Positions 31,536 to 42,267 of a stretch of DNA of 64,000 nucleotides are shown here, in pieces. Under the pieces are notes generated by a model. It worked only from the letters and a program-made list of their open reading frames with translations. It was not told where the DNA came from and searched no databases. Origin of the DNA: Promethearchaeota archaeon (GTDB lineage Archaea > Asgardarchaeota > Lokiarchaeia > Sigyniarchaeales > SOKP01); NCBI GenBank assembly GCA_019058445.1, contig JAHPZA010000010.1:192001-256000 (forward strand), in the 5' to 3' direction. The position numbers and the translations under genes are program-made. The first letter of the stretch is position 1. Every line of letters begins with the position of its first letter.

Positions 31536-32783
31536 ATTAAAGTTGCGATAATTCAACCTTATTATTTTAATATTTGGGAAGCAATTGGTCCTGCGTATAT
31601 AATTTCTTATTGTAAGAAAAATTATGAGGGTGCCCTCGATTTTAAATTCTTTCAAAGCTATTTCGATTCTGATAGTTATATCATAGAAAATTGTAAAGAT
31701 TGTGATATTGTCGGCTTTTCTTGCACTTCTCCAACTTTTAAGCATGGCGTAAAATTAGCGAATAACTTAAAAGAGTTAAATCCAAACATTAAAACTGTAT
31801 TTGGTGGATATCACGTATCTGCATTAAAAGATCTAATTACAGATGAATGTATCGATCAAATTGTTGTCGGAGAGGGAGAATATGCCTTTTTAGACATTCT
31901 TAATGGTAATAATAATCATATTGTATATGGAAAGCGTCTAGATTTCAAGGAACTTCCCTGGCCTGATCGGGATGCAATTAAAAACGAAAGAACTATTAAT
32001 CTTTGTGAAGAAATGGCGAATCAACGGATAACTGGATTTCAAGCAAATAGAGGGTGTCCTTTCAGATGTACATATTGCGCTGAAAGATGTATTACCGGTA
32101 TTATTAACAGGAATAATCCGATTAGATCGAGGAATTTGCCCGACCTTTTAAATGAAATTGAATTTGTTGAGAATAAATATAATTTGGACTATTTTAAATT
32201 TGTTGATGCAACTTTTGATGTATCATCGAAATATGTTACTGATTTTTGCAAGGAAAAAATAAAAAGAGATTTGACTATTGAATGGGAGTGCATGATTCAT
32301 GCTAGTATTGCTAAAGAAGAAATGTTTCCATGGTTAAAAAAGGCAAATTGCAATCAAATCAATGTTGGCTGTGAGAGTGGTAGTCCAAAGATTTTAAAAG
32401 AAATTAGAAAAGGGGTTTCAGTCGATAAGATAATTAAAGTTTTTGATTGGGGTAAAAAATACGGAATAAAACGACGAGCATTTTTTTTAATAGGTACTCC
32501 TTCAGAAACATTAGAGGATATTAAACTAACAGAGAAGCTTATAGAAAGAATAGATCCTGATTTTTTAGGTGTTACAATATTATGTCCATACCCTGGAAGT
32601 GATTATTATAATCATGAGAAAATGAAAGATATTGATTGGTCCTTTACTGATGAGTATTCTAATGATTTTTGGCATACAGAATATTTTTCCAATCAAGATC
32701 TAAAAAATATTCAAAAAGAGTTAACAGACAAATTTAAAGAAAGATTAGTCTGGCACCAAACAAAAATATTAGGAAATGAATGA
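31536..32783 (+). CDS. Cobalamin-binding radical SAM protein; probable ATT start at 31536
   Basis: The frame is open for 159 codons upstream of the ORF-track ATG: (I)KVAIIQP..., IVGFSCTS, FGGYHVS, VGEGE, LPWPDR, then RGCPFRCTYC and GCESGS. GAGGGG SD 6 nt upstream. Confidence 0.88.
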   Translation: MKVAIIQPYYFNIWEAIGPAYIISYCKKNYEGALDFKFFQSYFDSDSYIIENCKDCDIVGFSCTSPTFKHGVKLANNLKELNPNIKTVFGGYHVSALKDLITDECIDQIVVGEGEYAFLDILNGNNNHIVYGKRLDFKELPWPDRDAIKNERTINLCEEMANQRITGFQANRGCPFRCTYCAERCITGIINRNNPIRSRNLPDLLNEIEFVENKYNLDYFKFVDATFDVSSKYVTDFCKEKIKRDLTIEWECMIHASIAKEEMFPWLKKANCNQINVGCESGSPKILKEIRKGVSVDKIIKVFDWGKKYGIKRRAFFLIGTPSETLEDIKLTEKLIERIDPDFLGVTILCPYPGSDYYNHEKMKDIDWSFTDEYSNDFWHTEYFSNQDLKNIQKELTDKFKERLVWHQTKILGNE

Positions 32784-32864
32784 AGAAAAATTAATAAAAA
32801 ATGAGTATTCCCTATTTTAAATTAAAAATTTTATGCTAATTATAATAAATGCACTGAATGAAAG

Positions 32865-33638
32865 ATGAATTCACAAATTTTGAATAATTCAAATAAGAAT
32901 CAGAAGTTATTAGTAATCACTCGATGTGATGAGAAAATTAAGCCTGTAACAGACATAACTCATCCAATTATAAAAAAATTTGCTAAAGATTGGAATGCAG
33001 ATTTTTTGAAACTCGAGGAATATGTGGATTGTCCTGATGATGGCAAATACCATTATAGGATTTTAGAGTTTTATGATTTATTAGAGAAATATGATAGAAT
33101 ATTACATATAGACTCGGATATACTTATAAACAAAAACTGTCCAAATGTCTTTAAAATTGTACCTGAAAATAAAATTGGAACGATTTATGAAGATAAAGGA
33201 AGCAGAACTGAAGCCAGACGCAAGTTAATAATTGAAATTCAAGAAGCTTTTGGAGATGTAGGTTGGAAATCAGGATATATAAATACAGGTTTTTTTTTAG
33301 TTTCCAAGCAACATCAAAAAATATTTGAAAAAATAAATGGTAAGCTATGGATGGATATTGGTTGGGACGATGTTCATTTAGGTTATAATGTCCACAAATA
33401 TAACTTTGAGGTTTATGAATTACCCTATCAATTCAATCATATGACTATGTTTTCAGAACCGTGGAATGGAAATGCAAACCGTTTTGATTCTTATATCATA
33501 CACTATGCTGGTAAGGGAATTTTTGATATAAAAAAATTTAGAAAGTTTACACCAAAAGCAAGAATAAAACAAATTAAACGGGATTTTAAAAAAATTTATG
33601 GAAAGAATAAAAATAAATCACTTAAATTGAAACAATAA
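32865..33638 (+). CDS. GT-A-fold glycosyltransferase (GT8/GT34-like)
   Basis: ILHIDSDILI, YINTGFFL, DDVHL, FNHM, IIHYAG. Confidence 0.7.
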   Translation: MNSQILNNSNKNQKLLVITRCDEKIKPVTDITHPIIKKFAKDWNADFLKLEEYVDCPDDGKYHYRILEFYDLLEKYDRILHIDSDILINKNCPNVFKIVPENKIGTIYEDKGSRTEARRKLIIEIQEAFGDVGWKSGYINTGFFLVSKQHQKIFEKINGKLWMDIGWDDVHLGYNVHKYNFEVYELPYQFNHMTMFSEPWNGNANRFDSYIIHYAGKGIFDIKKFRKFTPKARIKQIKRDFKKIYGKNKNKSLKLKQ

Positions 33639-33700
33639 AAAACTAAAAATATTTGTGTCTATATTAAATTTTTAAATATATCATTGATGAGGGTAAAATT

Positions 33701-34294
33701 TTGGATGATCACAAATTGAATTTGAAAGATATTGCCATAATTGATGCACTTCCTGTTTATAATACTGATAATTTAATATTGGAAGTCGGGTGTGGACAAG
33801 GGGGGATAGATTTTCGTTTAATGGAAATGGGATATAAAGTTTATGCTACTGACTACAAAAGACATGATACTTGGGAGGATATTGAGAATGAAAAAGGATT
33901 TATAAAATTTTTTGAGGCAAATATTTATGATCTTAAATCATTTCATGATATCAAAGCGCCAGTTGTTATTTGTAGTGAAGTTTTAGAGCATCTGACTGAT
34001 TATAAGATAGCATTAAAGAATTTACTTAAATTAGCTCAAGTAAGATTAATTATAACTATTCCTCATGAAGAATCTTTCGGGGGAAGGTTTGCCCCTCCTC
34101 CAGAAGGGCATTGTAATTTTTGGAGTGATACACGAAAATTTTGGAAATATAAAAAAGTTAGTGAATTTCATAAATTATGTCACCCTTTTAGTGTAGCGAT
34201 ATCTAAAATTAGAACAAAAGCTAAGGATGTACAGATGAAGCAATATTGTTATTTAATTGTAGTAGATATGACTCAAAACCTAATATATGATTGA
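33701..34294 (+). CDS. Class I SAM-dependent methyltransferase
   Basis: ILEVGCGQG, CSEVLEHL, ITIP, GH; TTG start behind GAGGG. Confidence 0.85.
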   Translation: MDDHKLNLKDIAIIDALPVYNTDNLILEVGCGQGGIDFRLMEMGYKVYATDYKRHDTWEDIENEKGFIKFFEANIYDLKSFHDIKAPVVICSEVLEHLTDYKIALKNLLKLAQVRLIITIPHEESFGGRFAPPPEGHCNFWSDTRKFWKYKKVSEFHKLCHPFSVAISKIRTKAKDVQMKQYCYLIVVDMTQNLIYD

Positions 34295-34418
34295 AGTTAT
34301 GGATTTTTTTATTATATTGATTAACTTCAATTTAAAATCATAAATTTTCATTTATAAATATCAATTTGAAATGATCCTTTTTGTATCTGGTTATAATAAG
34401 TTAAATTCATCAAGATAC

Positions 34419-35420
34419 TTAATGGAAATAGTCTCTAAAAAAGCGAATAACCCTTTCTCTTATATTGGAAATACTGAAGTAATAATTTATCTGTACTAAT
34501 TTTTTTTTTATATTAAACTTCTTTTTTTTAACGATTAATTCTTTCATTATTATGAGATAGTTCTTATAATTTGGTTTCTTCTTCATATAAACCCTAAAGT
34601 CAGAGATCTTTTTTAAGGGACTATTCTCTATAATTTCTGGATGAACACCTTGAAATGTAAAGAGTCCATGTCCATTTTTTTCAATACATGAATCATCATT
34701 AAGAAAAAATCTATATTTTCCGGTTATCTCCTCATTTTTTTTCATCCAAAAATCTTCATGTAATTTATCAAATTTTTTATAAATTTTAAAGTACCAAGTA
34801 ATTTTATCATAAAATTCACTGGATAGCCAATAAATCATTTTTAATGGCTCCCCAGTTAAGAAACTGTAATGAAACATTGGATTTGTCTCAAGTAATTCAA
34901 CTTCTTTTTTTCCGATGGGATGGAAATGCTGAGTAGGGGTAAAATAACAATTTTTTGTTTTTATTTTGAATAATCTAATATTACTCGCTTCAAAATAATA
35001 ATTAAAATTTATACAAAAATAACGATTTCTTAAATAGATAACATCAAAATCTTCATTAGAATTGAGGAAATTATAGATCTCTTCTAAAGATTCCTTAGAA
35101 TAAAATTCATCTGAATCCAAAATCCAGATTACATTATTCTTCTCAATATTTTGACTAACTTCAAGCATTTTATTTAGAGTAGAACACTTATTCCCATCTA
35201 CATTTTTTTTTGGATCACATATAGCGGGGATAAATTTAACTTTCTCGTTTTTTAAGTATTTTTGAGCTTTCTCAAATGTTCTATCTTCTATACCTTTAAA
35301 ATAAGGACTAAATGCTCCAATACTGATAATTAATTCATCTACTAATTGTAGGGCTTGGTCTATTGAATATTCAATCCAATCTTCACATGCCCAAGCAGTA
35401 AATAAACCTATTGTCTTCAT
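34419..35420 (-). CDS. GT2-like glycosyltransferase
   Basis: EDWIEYSI, D.T, WILDSDEFY, RLFK, FHY. Confidence 0.7.
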   Translation of the reverse strand: MKTIGLFTAWACEDWIEYSIDQALQLVDELIISIGAFSPYFKGIEDRTFEKAQKYLKNEKVKFIPAICDPKKNVDGNKCSTLNKMLEVSQNIEKNNVIWILDSDEFYSKESLEEIYNFLNSNEDFDVIYLRNRYFCINFNYYFEASNIRLFKIKTKNCYFTPTQHFHPIGKKEVELLETNPMFHYSFLTGEPLKMIYWLSSEFYDKITWYFKIYKKFDKLHEDFWMKKNEEITGKYRFFLNDDSCIEKNGHGLFTFQGVHPEIIENSPLKKISDFRVYMKKKPNYKNYLIIMKELIVKKKKFNIKKKLVQINYYFSISNIRERVIRFFRDYFH

Positions 35421-35868
35421 TCTAAAGTATTTTCTTTTCTCAACTATTTATCTTAAATTATTCTAAATTAAACGGTAAAAATAGATGTTTTTATTGATAT
35501 AAAGAGTATAGACTATTATAAAAATTTGCTTTTAAGATAATATTTGCAATATTCAATTGGAGTAATAAGTTTTATTGAAATTTAAAAATTACAGTAAATT
35601 TATAATTAATGAATTAAGGTTTAATGATTTAGAAAGATTCATCTACCTAATTCAGGAGAAATAAATGATGCTGTACTAGTTGAAAGGAATAAAAATAAAT
35701 AAGACTTAAGAGTTTTTCTAAAATCTAACAGTTAAAATATCACTTCTTAGACTTATAATAAAAATTGAAAGCGTTAATTTTAAGGTTATAAAATTATTCT
35801 ACTGAAATCCTATTTTGATAAAGTTTTTTAAAAAGATTTTTTAATTTGAAATCATTTTATGAATAGGA

Positions 35869-37023
35869 ATGATTCGTACAGATTGCCTATATTATATTGG
35901 TCAAAAGCCATGCCATTTTCACAAGGAATACAAAGTAGAATGTAATGATCAATGTACTTACTATAAAAAGATTGGATTACGAATTTTAATTATAAAGAAA
36001 GCTGCTCTCGGAGATGTGTTAAGAACTACACCAATACTACATTCAATTAAAAAAAAATATGGTGAAAATACTCATATCACTTGGTTAACAGATCCATCAT
36101 CTTATGACTTATTAAAATTTAATAATTTGATTGACCGAGTTTATAAATTTGATTTTAAATCTGTTCTTATTTTGGAAATTGAAAAATTTGATATAATGTT
36201 TAATTTAGATAAGGATCATGAGGCTATAGCTTTAGCAAGTAAGATTATAGCAAAAAATAAATATGGTTTTACCATGAATAAATATGGTAATTTGGAAACA
36301 TTTAATAGGACAGGTAAATATGCTCTTGAATTGGGAATTTCTGATACCATAAATATGAAGAATGAAAAAACATATCAAGAAATTATATGCGAATTTTCTG
36401 AATTACCTTATTCAAACAACTTTAAATATATTTTAAATATTCCTGAAAAAACTAAAATATTAGATAAATTAATAAATAGAAATAAAATTCCTAATGATGC
36501 CAAAATAATTGGATTAAATACTGGGGCAGGTCAATGGGCTTTAACGAGAAGATGGGGAAAAGAGAATTTTACAGAATTAGGTATAATGTTAATAAAAGAA
36601 AAAAAATATACTATTCTCTTATTTGGAGCGGAATCAGAAAAGGAAATTAATGAATATATTTATAGCACAATCCAAAATTCCTTACCAGAAAATTTGAAAT
36701 CCTGTATTATCGATACTGGCATTAATAACTCTGTTTTAGAATTTGCTTGTCTTGTTTCTTTAACAGATGTTCTTTTCACAGCAAATACATTAGGGTTACA
36801 TTTTGCGATAGCCTTTGAAATTCCCTCTGTTTCAATTTACGGCCCTTTAAATCCAAATGAAATTGATTTATATGGAACAGGCATTAAGATAATTGCTAAA
36901 TCACCATGTTTAGGATGTTATAGACAATCGTGCAATTACCATACTTTTTGTTTATCTACGATAAGACCTGAATTTGTTTATGAAAAAATTATAGAATTAT
37001 TAGAAAATAAGAAAGTAAATTAA
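35869..37023 (+). CDS. Glycosyltransferase family 9 (heptosyltransferase-like) with Cys-rich termini
   Basis: ILIIKKAALGDVLRTTP, IGLNTGAG..W...RW, NTLGLHFAIA, IYGP; N- and C-terminal Cys clusters. Confidence 0.88.
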   Translation: MIRTDCLYYIGQKPCHFHKEYKVECNDQCTYYKKIGLRILIIKKAALGDVLRTTPILHSIKKKYGENTHITWLTDPSSYDLLKFNNLIDRVYKFDFKSVLILEIEKFDIMFNLDKDHEAIALASKIIAKNKYGFTMNKYGNLETFNRTGKYALELGISDTINMKNEKTYQEIICEFSELPYSNNFKYILNIPEKTKILDKLINRNKIPNDAKIIGLNTGAGQWALTRRWGKENFTELGIMLIKEKKYTILLFGAESEKEINEYIYSTIQNSLPENLKSCIIDTGINNSVLEFACLVSLTDVLFTANTLGLHFAIAFEIPSVSIYGPLNPNEIDLYGTGIKIIAKSPCLGCYRQSCNYHTFCLSTIRPEFVYEKIIELLENKKVN

Positions 37024-37040
37024 TATTGTGTTTTTGGGTA

Positions 37041-37922
37041 ATGAAAGTTTTTAATATTTCTGGAACTATAGGAGACACTTATGCTGCATGTTGCAAACTA
37101 AACGATTTGAAAGAACCCATCAAAATATTTCATATTCAACCATATCCACAATTTAACAATATCATTCGGAAGATTTATGCTTTAATTCCTAACATTATTG
37201 AGGTAAACATTTTAAATACAGATGATTATTCTAAATTTGACCCCAAAATTCCGATGATTGATGCTCATTGTAAACGGCATCCAGTTGACCCTGATTATAT
37301 AAAAATGAATTTTTTTCCTAATTTTGAATTTGAATCAAATGAAAAATTTAATTTTGAATTTCCTTACATAGTTCTTCAACCAAAAGCAGGTCGAACCGAA
37401 CAGTTAAGAGAAATGAGATTAAAAACAGTTAAGAAGATAATAAAGAACTCAAAATATAAGGTGGTATTAGTTGGTACTTCAAAAAAATATGAGAATGTTG
37501 ATAATTGCATCAATTTGATAAATAAAACTACCTTATTTGAAGCATTAAATATTATTAAAAATTCTAGATATTTTATTGGACTTTTTGGAATTATGACGAT
37601 GGTTGCATTGAGTCATAGAATTAACTGTAATTATATCTATAATGATGATCTTGAAATGAAAGCTATGATTTATAACATGCCATGGGAAAAATATAGCCAT
37701 AAAAAAATATCATTAGAAGACTATTTGAAAAGTGGTTATTCCATCAGGAGAAAAATAAAAACCCTGTTTTTTGAGTTTTTAAATATAATACTTAAAATGA
37801 GACATCGTATTTCAATAAAAAATTTATTTCAACCTCTAAAAGTACTTTCAATTTTAAATAATGATAACCAAAATCCTCGGATCCGCTTAATATTGAATTT
37901 TTTTATGGAAGAAAAAAAATAA
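37041..37922 (+). CDS. Divergent GT9-like protein
   Basis: GTIGD, YIVLQP, VVLVG, INLINKTTLFEALNII.NS.YFIG; ATG at 37041. Confidence 0.65.
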   Translation: MKVFNISGTIGDTYAACCKLNDLKEPIKIFHIQPYPQFNNIIRKIYALIPNIIEVNILNTDDYSKFDPKIPMIDAHCKRHPVDPDYIKMNFFPNFEFESNEKFNFEFPYIVLQPKAGRTEQLREMRLKTVKKIIKNSKYKVVLVGTSKKYENVDNCINLINKTTLFEALNIIKNSRYFIGLFGIMTMVALSHRINCNYIYNDDLEMKAMIYNMPWEKYSHKKISLEDYLKSGYSIRRKIKTLFFEFLNIILKMRHRISIKNLFQPLKVLSILNNDNQNPRIRLILNFFMEEKK

Positions 37923-37981
37923 AAAGAAAAAATTAAAAAATTTTTATCTATGGCTTTTATTATTTTAATAAAAATTTGGGT

Positions 37982-38899
37982 TTAAATATATCTCAAAAAT
38001 AAATCTTCAAGGTTTAAATCTATTTCTTTAACTTTTAAAATGTGATACTTACTTAAAGCTAAAAGAAGATCTTTATAATAATCTCTGCTTTTAATTTGGA
38101 TAATTAGCTTCTGTTTATCATCCACAATATCAGAAATAAAATCTAGATGACTCAAATCGCTTTTTAAATCATCTCTATTTTTAAGAACTTCTACTTCAAT
38201 TTTAATTGCTGATTTACTTATCTGTTTAACCTCCTCTTGAGATCCTATCATTATTATATTTCCTTTATTAATGAATGCGACACGGTCGCATAATTTCTCA
38301 ACTACACTCATATTATGGCTTGTTAGAAAGATTAAACCTTTAAAGTCTTTTAATTTTTTAATGATAAATGCTCTTGTTTTTATATCTAAACCTAGTGTTG
38401 GTTCATCTAAAATTAGAATTTTACGATCTAATAGTATACTTCTAAATAATGCAAGTTTCATCTTCATTCCATTAGAATAATTTTCAACATACTGGTTAAG
38501 CCAACCATCTAATCCAAAATCTTTAACAGAGTTAAGAATTTTTTCTTTATAATTTGGAACGCCATATAATTTACAAAAAAATTTTAAGTTATCATAACCA
38601 GTTATTCTAAAATAGAGCATTTGATGATCCATCATAAGAGATATTCTTGATTTAGCAAAATTAGGCTCTTTAATTACATTATAGCCGTCAATAATAGCGT
38701 ATCCGCTTGTAGGTTGTTGTAATGTGGTTAAGATTTGAATTAAAGTTGTTTTTCCTGAACCATTTGGTCCTAATAATCCAAAAATTTCACCTTCTTTAAT
38801 TTTTAGATTAATATCATTTAGTGCTTTAATTGTCCTGTTTTGTCCTTTTAATTTATAGATTTTTGATAAATTAAAGGTTTCAATTATATTTTCTACCAT
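37982..38899 (-). CDS. ABC-2 type transporter ATP-binding protein
   Basis: Walker A GPNGSGKTT, signature YSNGMK, Walker B ILILDEPT, H-loop TSHNM. Confidence 0.95.
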   Translation of the reverse strand: MVENIIETFNLSKIYKLKGQNRTIKALNDINLKIKEGEIFGLLGPNGSGKTTLIQILTTLQQPTSGYAIIDGYNVIKEPNFAKSRISLMMDHQMLYFRITGYDNLKFFCKLYGVPNYKEKILNSVKDFGLDGWLNQYVENYSNGMKMKLALFRSILLDRKILILDEPTLGLDIKTRAFIIKKLKDFKGLIFLTSHNMSVVEKLCDRVAFINKGNIIMIGSQEEVKQISKSAIKIEVEVLKNRDDLKSDLSHLDFISDIVDDKQKLIIQIKSRDYYKDLLLALSKYHILKVKEIDLNLEDLFLRYI

Positions 38900-38904
38900 T
38901 TTTA

Positions 38905-39726
38905 TTAGTATCCTACAATCCCGAATTTTTTATAGACTTTGTTAAATATAATAACACCAATTAAAGGAAACGTAATTGCGCATAGAACTAAAATTAAAAA
39001 ATGAAAAGGATGTGATGAAATAGAAAATATTATATTATCTTCAATCCACGCTAACCGCAAAATATCAAAGATATAGTAAAGGGGATTTAAACTAATTATA
39101 TCTTGAATTCTACTAGGAAATAATTCATATGGATATGAAATGCAGCTAACCACGAAGAAAAGACCAATAGCAAATGTAAATAAGCTAGATAAATTTTCTT
39201 TAGATATAGAAAATATACCAATAAAAAGACCAATTCCACTAAACACAAGTATAATAAGAATATATATTCCTAGTACAAATAGAACCGTAAGAAGCGAAAT
39301 AGGATAATAAATATAGCATATTATAAAAAAAATAGTAAATGGTATAGAGATTGTAATTAAAAAGGAAAGAAGATGCCCCAATAATAAACTAGATCGACGG
39401 AATGGAGCGATAATAAGGGCAGGTAAAGTTTGCCAATATTTTTCACGTAGTAAATGACCAGGAAGGGCTGTAATTATCCTTTGTAATAATAAAATATTTA
39501 AAGCTATAAATTGATAAACAAGAAAATTATTTTTAGTCCAAGGCCCATAATTTTCGTTAAGGGTAAAAAATTTATCCATTAAAATTATTGGCATTATTAG
39601 CCCTAAAATGGGTGCTAAAAAAGTAAGGAAAAGGGCGATTTTAACTCTCATATCTAGCTTTAAATTTTTTTCCGTTATCGCAAAAATTTTAGAAATGCCT
39701 TCCTTAATAGCTCTGGATGATATCAT
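38905..39726 (-). CDS. ABC-2 type transporter permease
   Basis: About 6 TM segments, REK..QTL..L..AP, YP...FP, LNPLYY; co-oriented with the ATPase. Confidence 0.88.
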   Translation of the reverse strand: MISSRAIKEGISKIFAITEKNLKLDMRVKIALFLTFLAPILGLIMPIILMDKFFTLNENYGPWTKNNFLVYQFIALNILLLQRIITALPGHLLREKYWQTLPALIIAPFRRSSLLLGHLLSFLITISIPFTIFFIICYIYYPISLLTVLFVLGIYILIILVFSGIGLFIGIFSISKENLSSLFTFAIGLFFVVSCISYPYELFPSRIQDIISLNPLYYIFDILRLAWIEDNIIFSISSHPFHFLILVLCAITFPLIGVIIFNKVYKKFGIVGY

Positions 39727-40054
39727 TATTTTAGATAAAATCTTTTTCTAACTGTTAAAATAATTTCAGTTCTTAATCAATATTAATAAATAACTGAATT
39801 AATATTTTCCGAAAATAATGGAATCCTAAATTTAAAAACCTTAAATCTTCTTACAATGACTTATAATACTAATATTTTGTAACACTTAGGTTTTAGGAAG
39901 TTTTGAATATATAGGAATCAGTTCAAATGATCCTTCTTATAAAAAGATTATTTTGAAAAAATTTAATTCTTACAAGAAATAATAAAATTAATAAAATTAA
40001 CATTAATAATAAATTTAATTTACTCATATCTAGTAATAACAAGTGTAATTATCG

Positions 40055-40993
40055 ATGATGGAAAAAGATTCTAAAATTTATGTTGCAGGTCATAAAGGAT
40101 TAGTAGGTTCTGCTATTACAAGAATTTTAAAGAAGCAGAACTATTCTAATCTATTAGCAAAAACCCACAAAGAATTAGAATTAACAGATCAACATGCTGT
40201 TAATAGTTTTTTTAAGAGAACAAGTCCGGAATTTGTTTTTTTAGCTGCTGCAAAAGTAGGTGGAATTTTAGCTAATAGTACATATCCAGCGCAATTCATT
40301 TATAGTAATTTAGAAATTCAAAATAATATCATTCATGCTTGTTATGAATATAATGTTAAAAAATTGTTATTTCTTGGAAGCTCATGTATCTATCCAAAAT
40401 TTGCTCCTCAGCCAATTCCTGAAGACGCGCTTCTCGCTGGAAAATTAGAGCCTACAAATGAAGCATATGCGGTTGCAAAAATTGCGGGTATAATAATGTG
40501 TCAATCATATAATAAAGAATATAATACTAATTTCATTAGTGTTATGCCTACTAATCTTTATGGTCCAAATGACCATTATGATTTATATAATTCTCATGTA
40601 TTACCCGCTACAATAAGAAAAGTACATGAAGCCAAAAAAAAGAAGTTAAAGTTTGTTGAAATATGGGGAACAGGTAAAGTAAAACGAGAATTTCTTTATA
40701 TTGATGATTTAGCTGAAGCGTGCATTTTTTTGATGAATAATTATAATGATAGTGAAATAATAAATATAGGGACAGGAAAAGATGTATCCATTAAAGAACT
40801 TTATGAGATAACTAAAGAAGTTATTGGTTATAAAGGAGAGTTCCGATTTGATACATCTAAACCAGATGGAACTCCTAGAAAATTATTAAATGTGGATAAA
40901 ATAAATAAACTCGGATGGAGAGCAAAAATTGATCTTAAAACAGGAATAAAATTAACCTATGATGATTATTTACTTCGATTTGATTCGACTTAA
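40055..40993 (+). CDS. fcl: GDP-L-fucose synthase
   Basis: [52 protein letters not shown]. Confidence 0.96.
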   Translation: MMEKDSKIYVAGHKGLVGSAITRILKKQNYSNLLAKTHKELELTDQHAVNSFFKRTSPEFVFLAAAKVGGILANSTYPAQFIYSNLEIQNNIIHACYEYNVKKLLFLGSSCIYPKFAPQPIPEDALLAGKLEPTNEAYAVAKIAGIIMCQSYNKEYNTNFISVMPTNLYGPNDHYDLYNSHVLPATIRKVHEAKKKKLKFVEIWGTGKVKREFLYIDDLAEACIFLMNNYNDSEIINIGTGKDVSIKELYEITKEVIGYKGEFRFDTSKPDGTPRKLLNVDKINKLGWRAKIDLKTGIKLTYDDYLLRFDST

Positions 40994-41060
40994 TTAGTTA
41001 GGTATTTTGATATAAATATTTTCTTAAATTTTAATGATGTATTATTGAGAATAAGAATTT

Positions 41061-42215
41061 ATGCCCAAAATTCATTTATCTTGTCAATACAAGTACAACG
41101 GAAAGAGTAGAACCGATTTAACACCAAATCAAAAAAAAATTAAAAAGAAAATAATTTCAGATTTTAAGAATGGAGTTATTAAATGGGAAAAAAATAAATG
41201 CAGATGTTCGGCGAATAACGATTTAATCGTCGCAAATAAGGATCGTCTCGGATTTAAGCTGAGAATTGTTTTATGTAAAGAATGTGGTTTGGTACGAGCA
41301 GATCCCCGAATTTCGGAGAAAGACATTGGATTATTTTATGAAAAATATTATAGAAAATTATTTACATATGGTATAAATGAGAAAATTCAGGAAGAAATTC
41401 TCTTAAACAATTTTAATGGTGAATTAAAAAGAGGAAGGGACATTTTATTTAATTTTGTTAAAAAGCACACGCCATTAACCAATGGAGTAGTATTCGATTT
41501 TGGAGCGGGAACGGGAGGAATGTTAAAAGTCTTTAAAGATGCTGGTTTTGAAACGTTTGGAGTGGATCTAAATGAAAATTATTTAGATTATGGGAGAAAA
41601 ATGGGCTTAAATTTAAAAAAGGGTAGTATAGATGAATTGAAAAGTTTTCATAAAAAAGCTGATTTAGTTATTGCATCTCATATTATAGAGCATTTACATA
41701 GAATTGATATTTATTTAAAAAAAATCTGGGAATGTTTAAAGGATAATGGTTATTTATATGTGGAACTCCCCGGAATCTTTAATCAGAGGGATTTTTCAGA
41801 ATTTTTTGTAATAGAACATTTATATTATTTTACATTAAAAAATCTAAAAAAAATCTTAGGAGAAAATAGATTTCATTTTATTGCAGGTAATGAAATAATT
41901 AGAGCATTATTTCAAAAATCGTCGCAAAAATATAACTTAAAAATTACAAAGCAACATATTAATGATATCTTAGTTTTTTTTAGAATAGGTGATATTCCTA
42001 TACCAATAAATGGTTTAAATCTTATTAAGAATAAGAAAAAGTTAAAGAATAAAATTATACTGATTACTGTTTCAATACTCTATAAAACAAGGTTTGTTAA
42101 TATAATAGTCCAATTGAAAAATATATTCCTTAACTTGCAGTTAAATAAATTATATGTATTTAAATTATTTCTTAAACAATTTTTTTCTTATGCTAGCCCC
42201 AGAATAAATGAATAG
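41061..42215 (+). CDS. Class I SAM-dependent methyltransferase with an N-terminal Cys (Zn-ribbon-like) motif
   Basis: CRC...CKECGL..P, FDFGAGTGG, SHIIEH, YVELP, EHLYYF. Confidence 0.85.
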   Translation: MPKIHLSCQYKYNGKSRTDLTPNQKKIKKKIISDFKNGVIKWEKNKCRCSANNDLIVANKDRLGFKLRIVLCKECGLVRADPRISEKDIGLFYEKYYRKLFTYGINEKIQEEILLNNFNGELKRGRDILFNFVKKHTPLTNGVVFDFGAGTGGMLKVFKDAGFETFGVDLNENYLDYGRKMGLNLKKGSIDELKSFHKKADLVIASHIIEHLHRIDIYLKKIWECLKDNGYLYVELPGIFNQRDFSEFFVIEHLYYFTLKNLKKILGENRFHFIAGNEIIRALFQKSSQKYNLKITKQHINDILVFFRIGDIPIPINGLNLIKNKKKLKNKIILITVSILYKTRFVNIIVQLKNIFLNLQLNKLYVFKLFLKQFFSYASPRINE

Positions 42216-42267
42216 ACTGGAAATTTTTACATATTAAAGTATAGAAAAAGTTGAATGGAATACGATT

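Noticed and set aside
31509-31745. 78-aa minus-strand ORF
   Set aside because: It is the antisense shadow of the B12-binding domain encoded on the plus strand.
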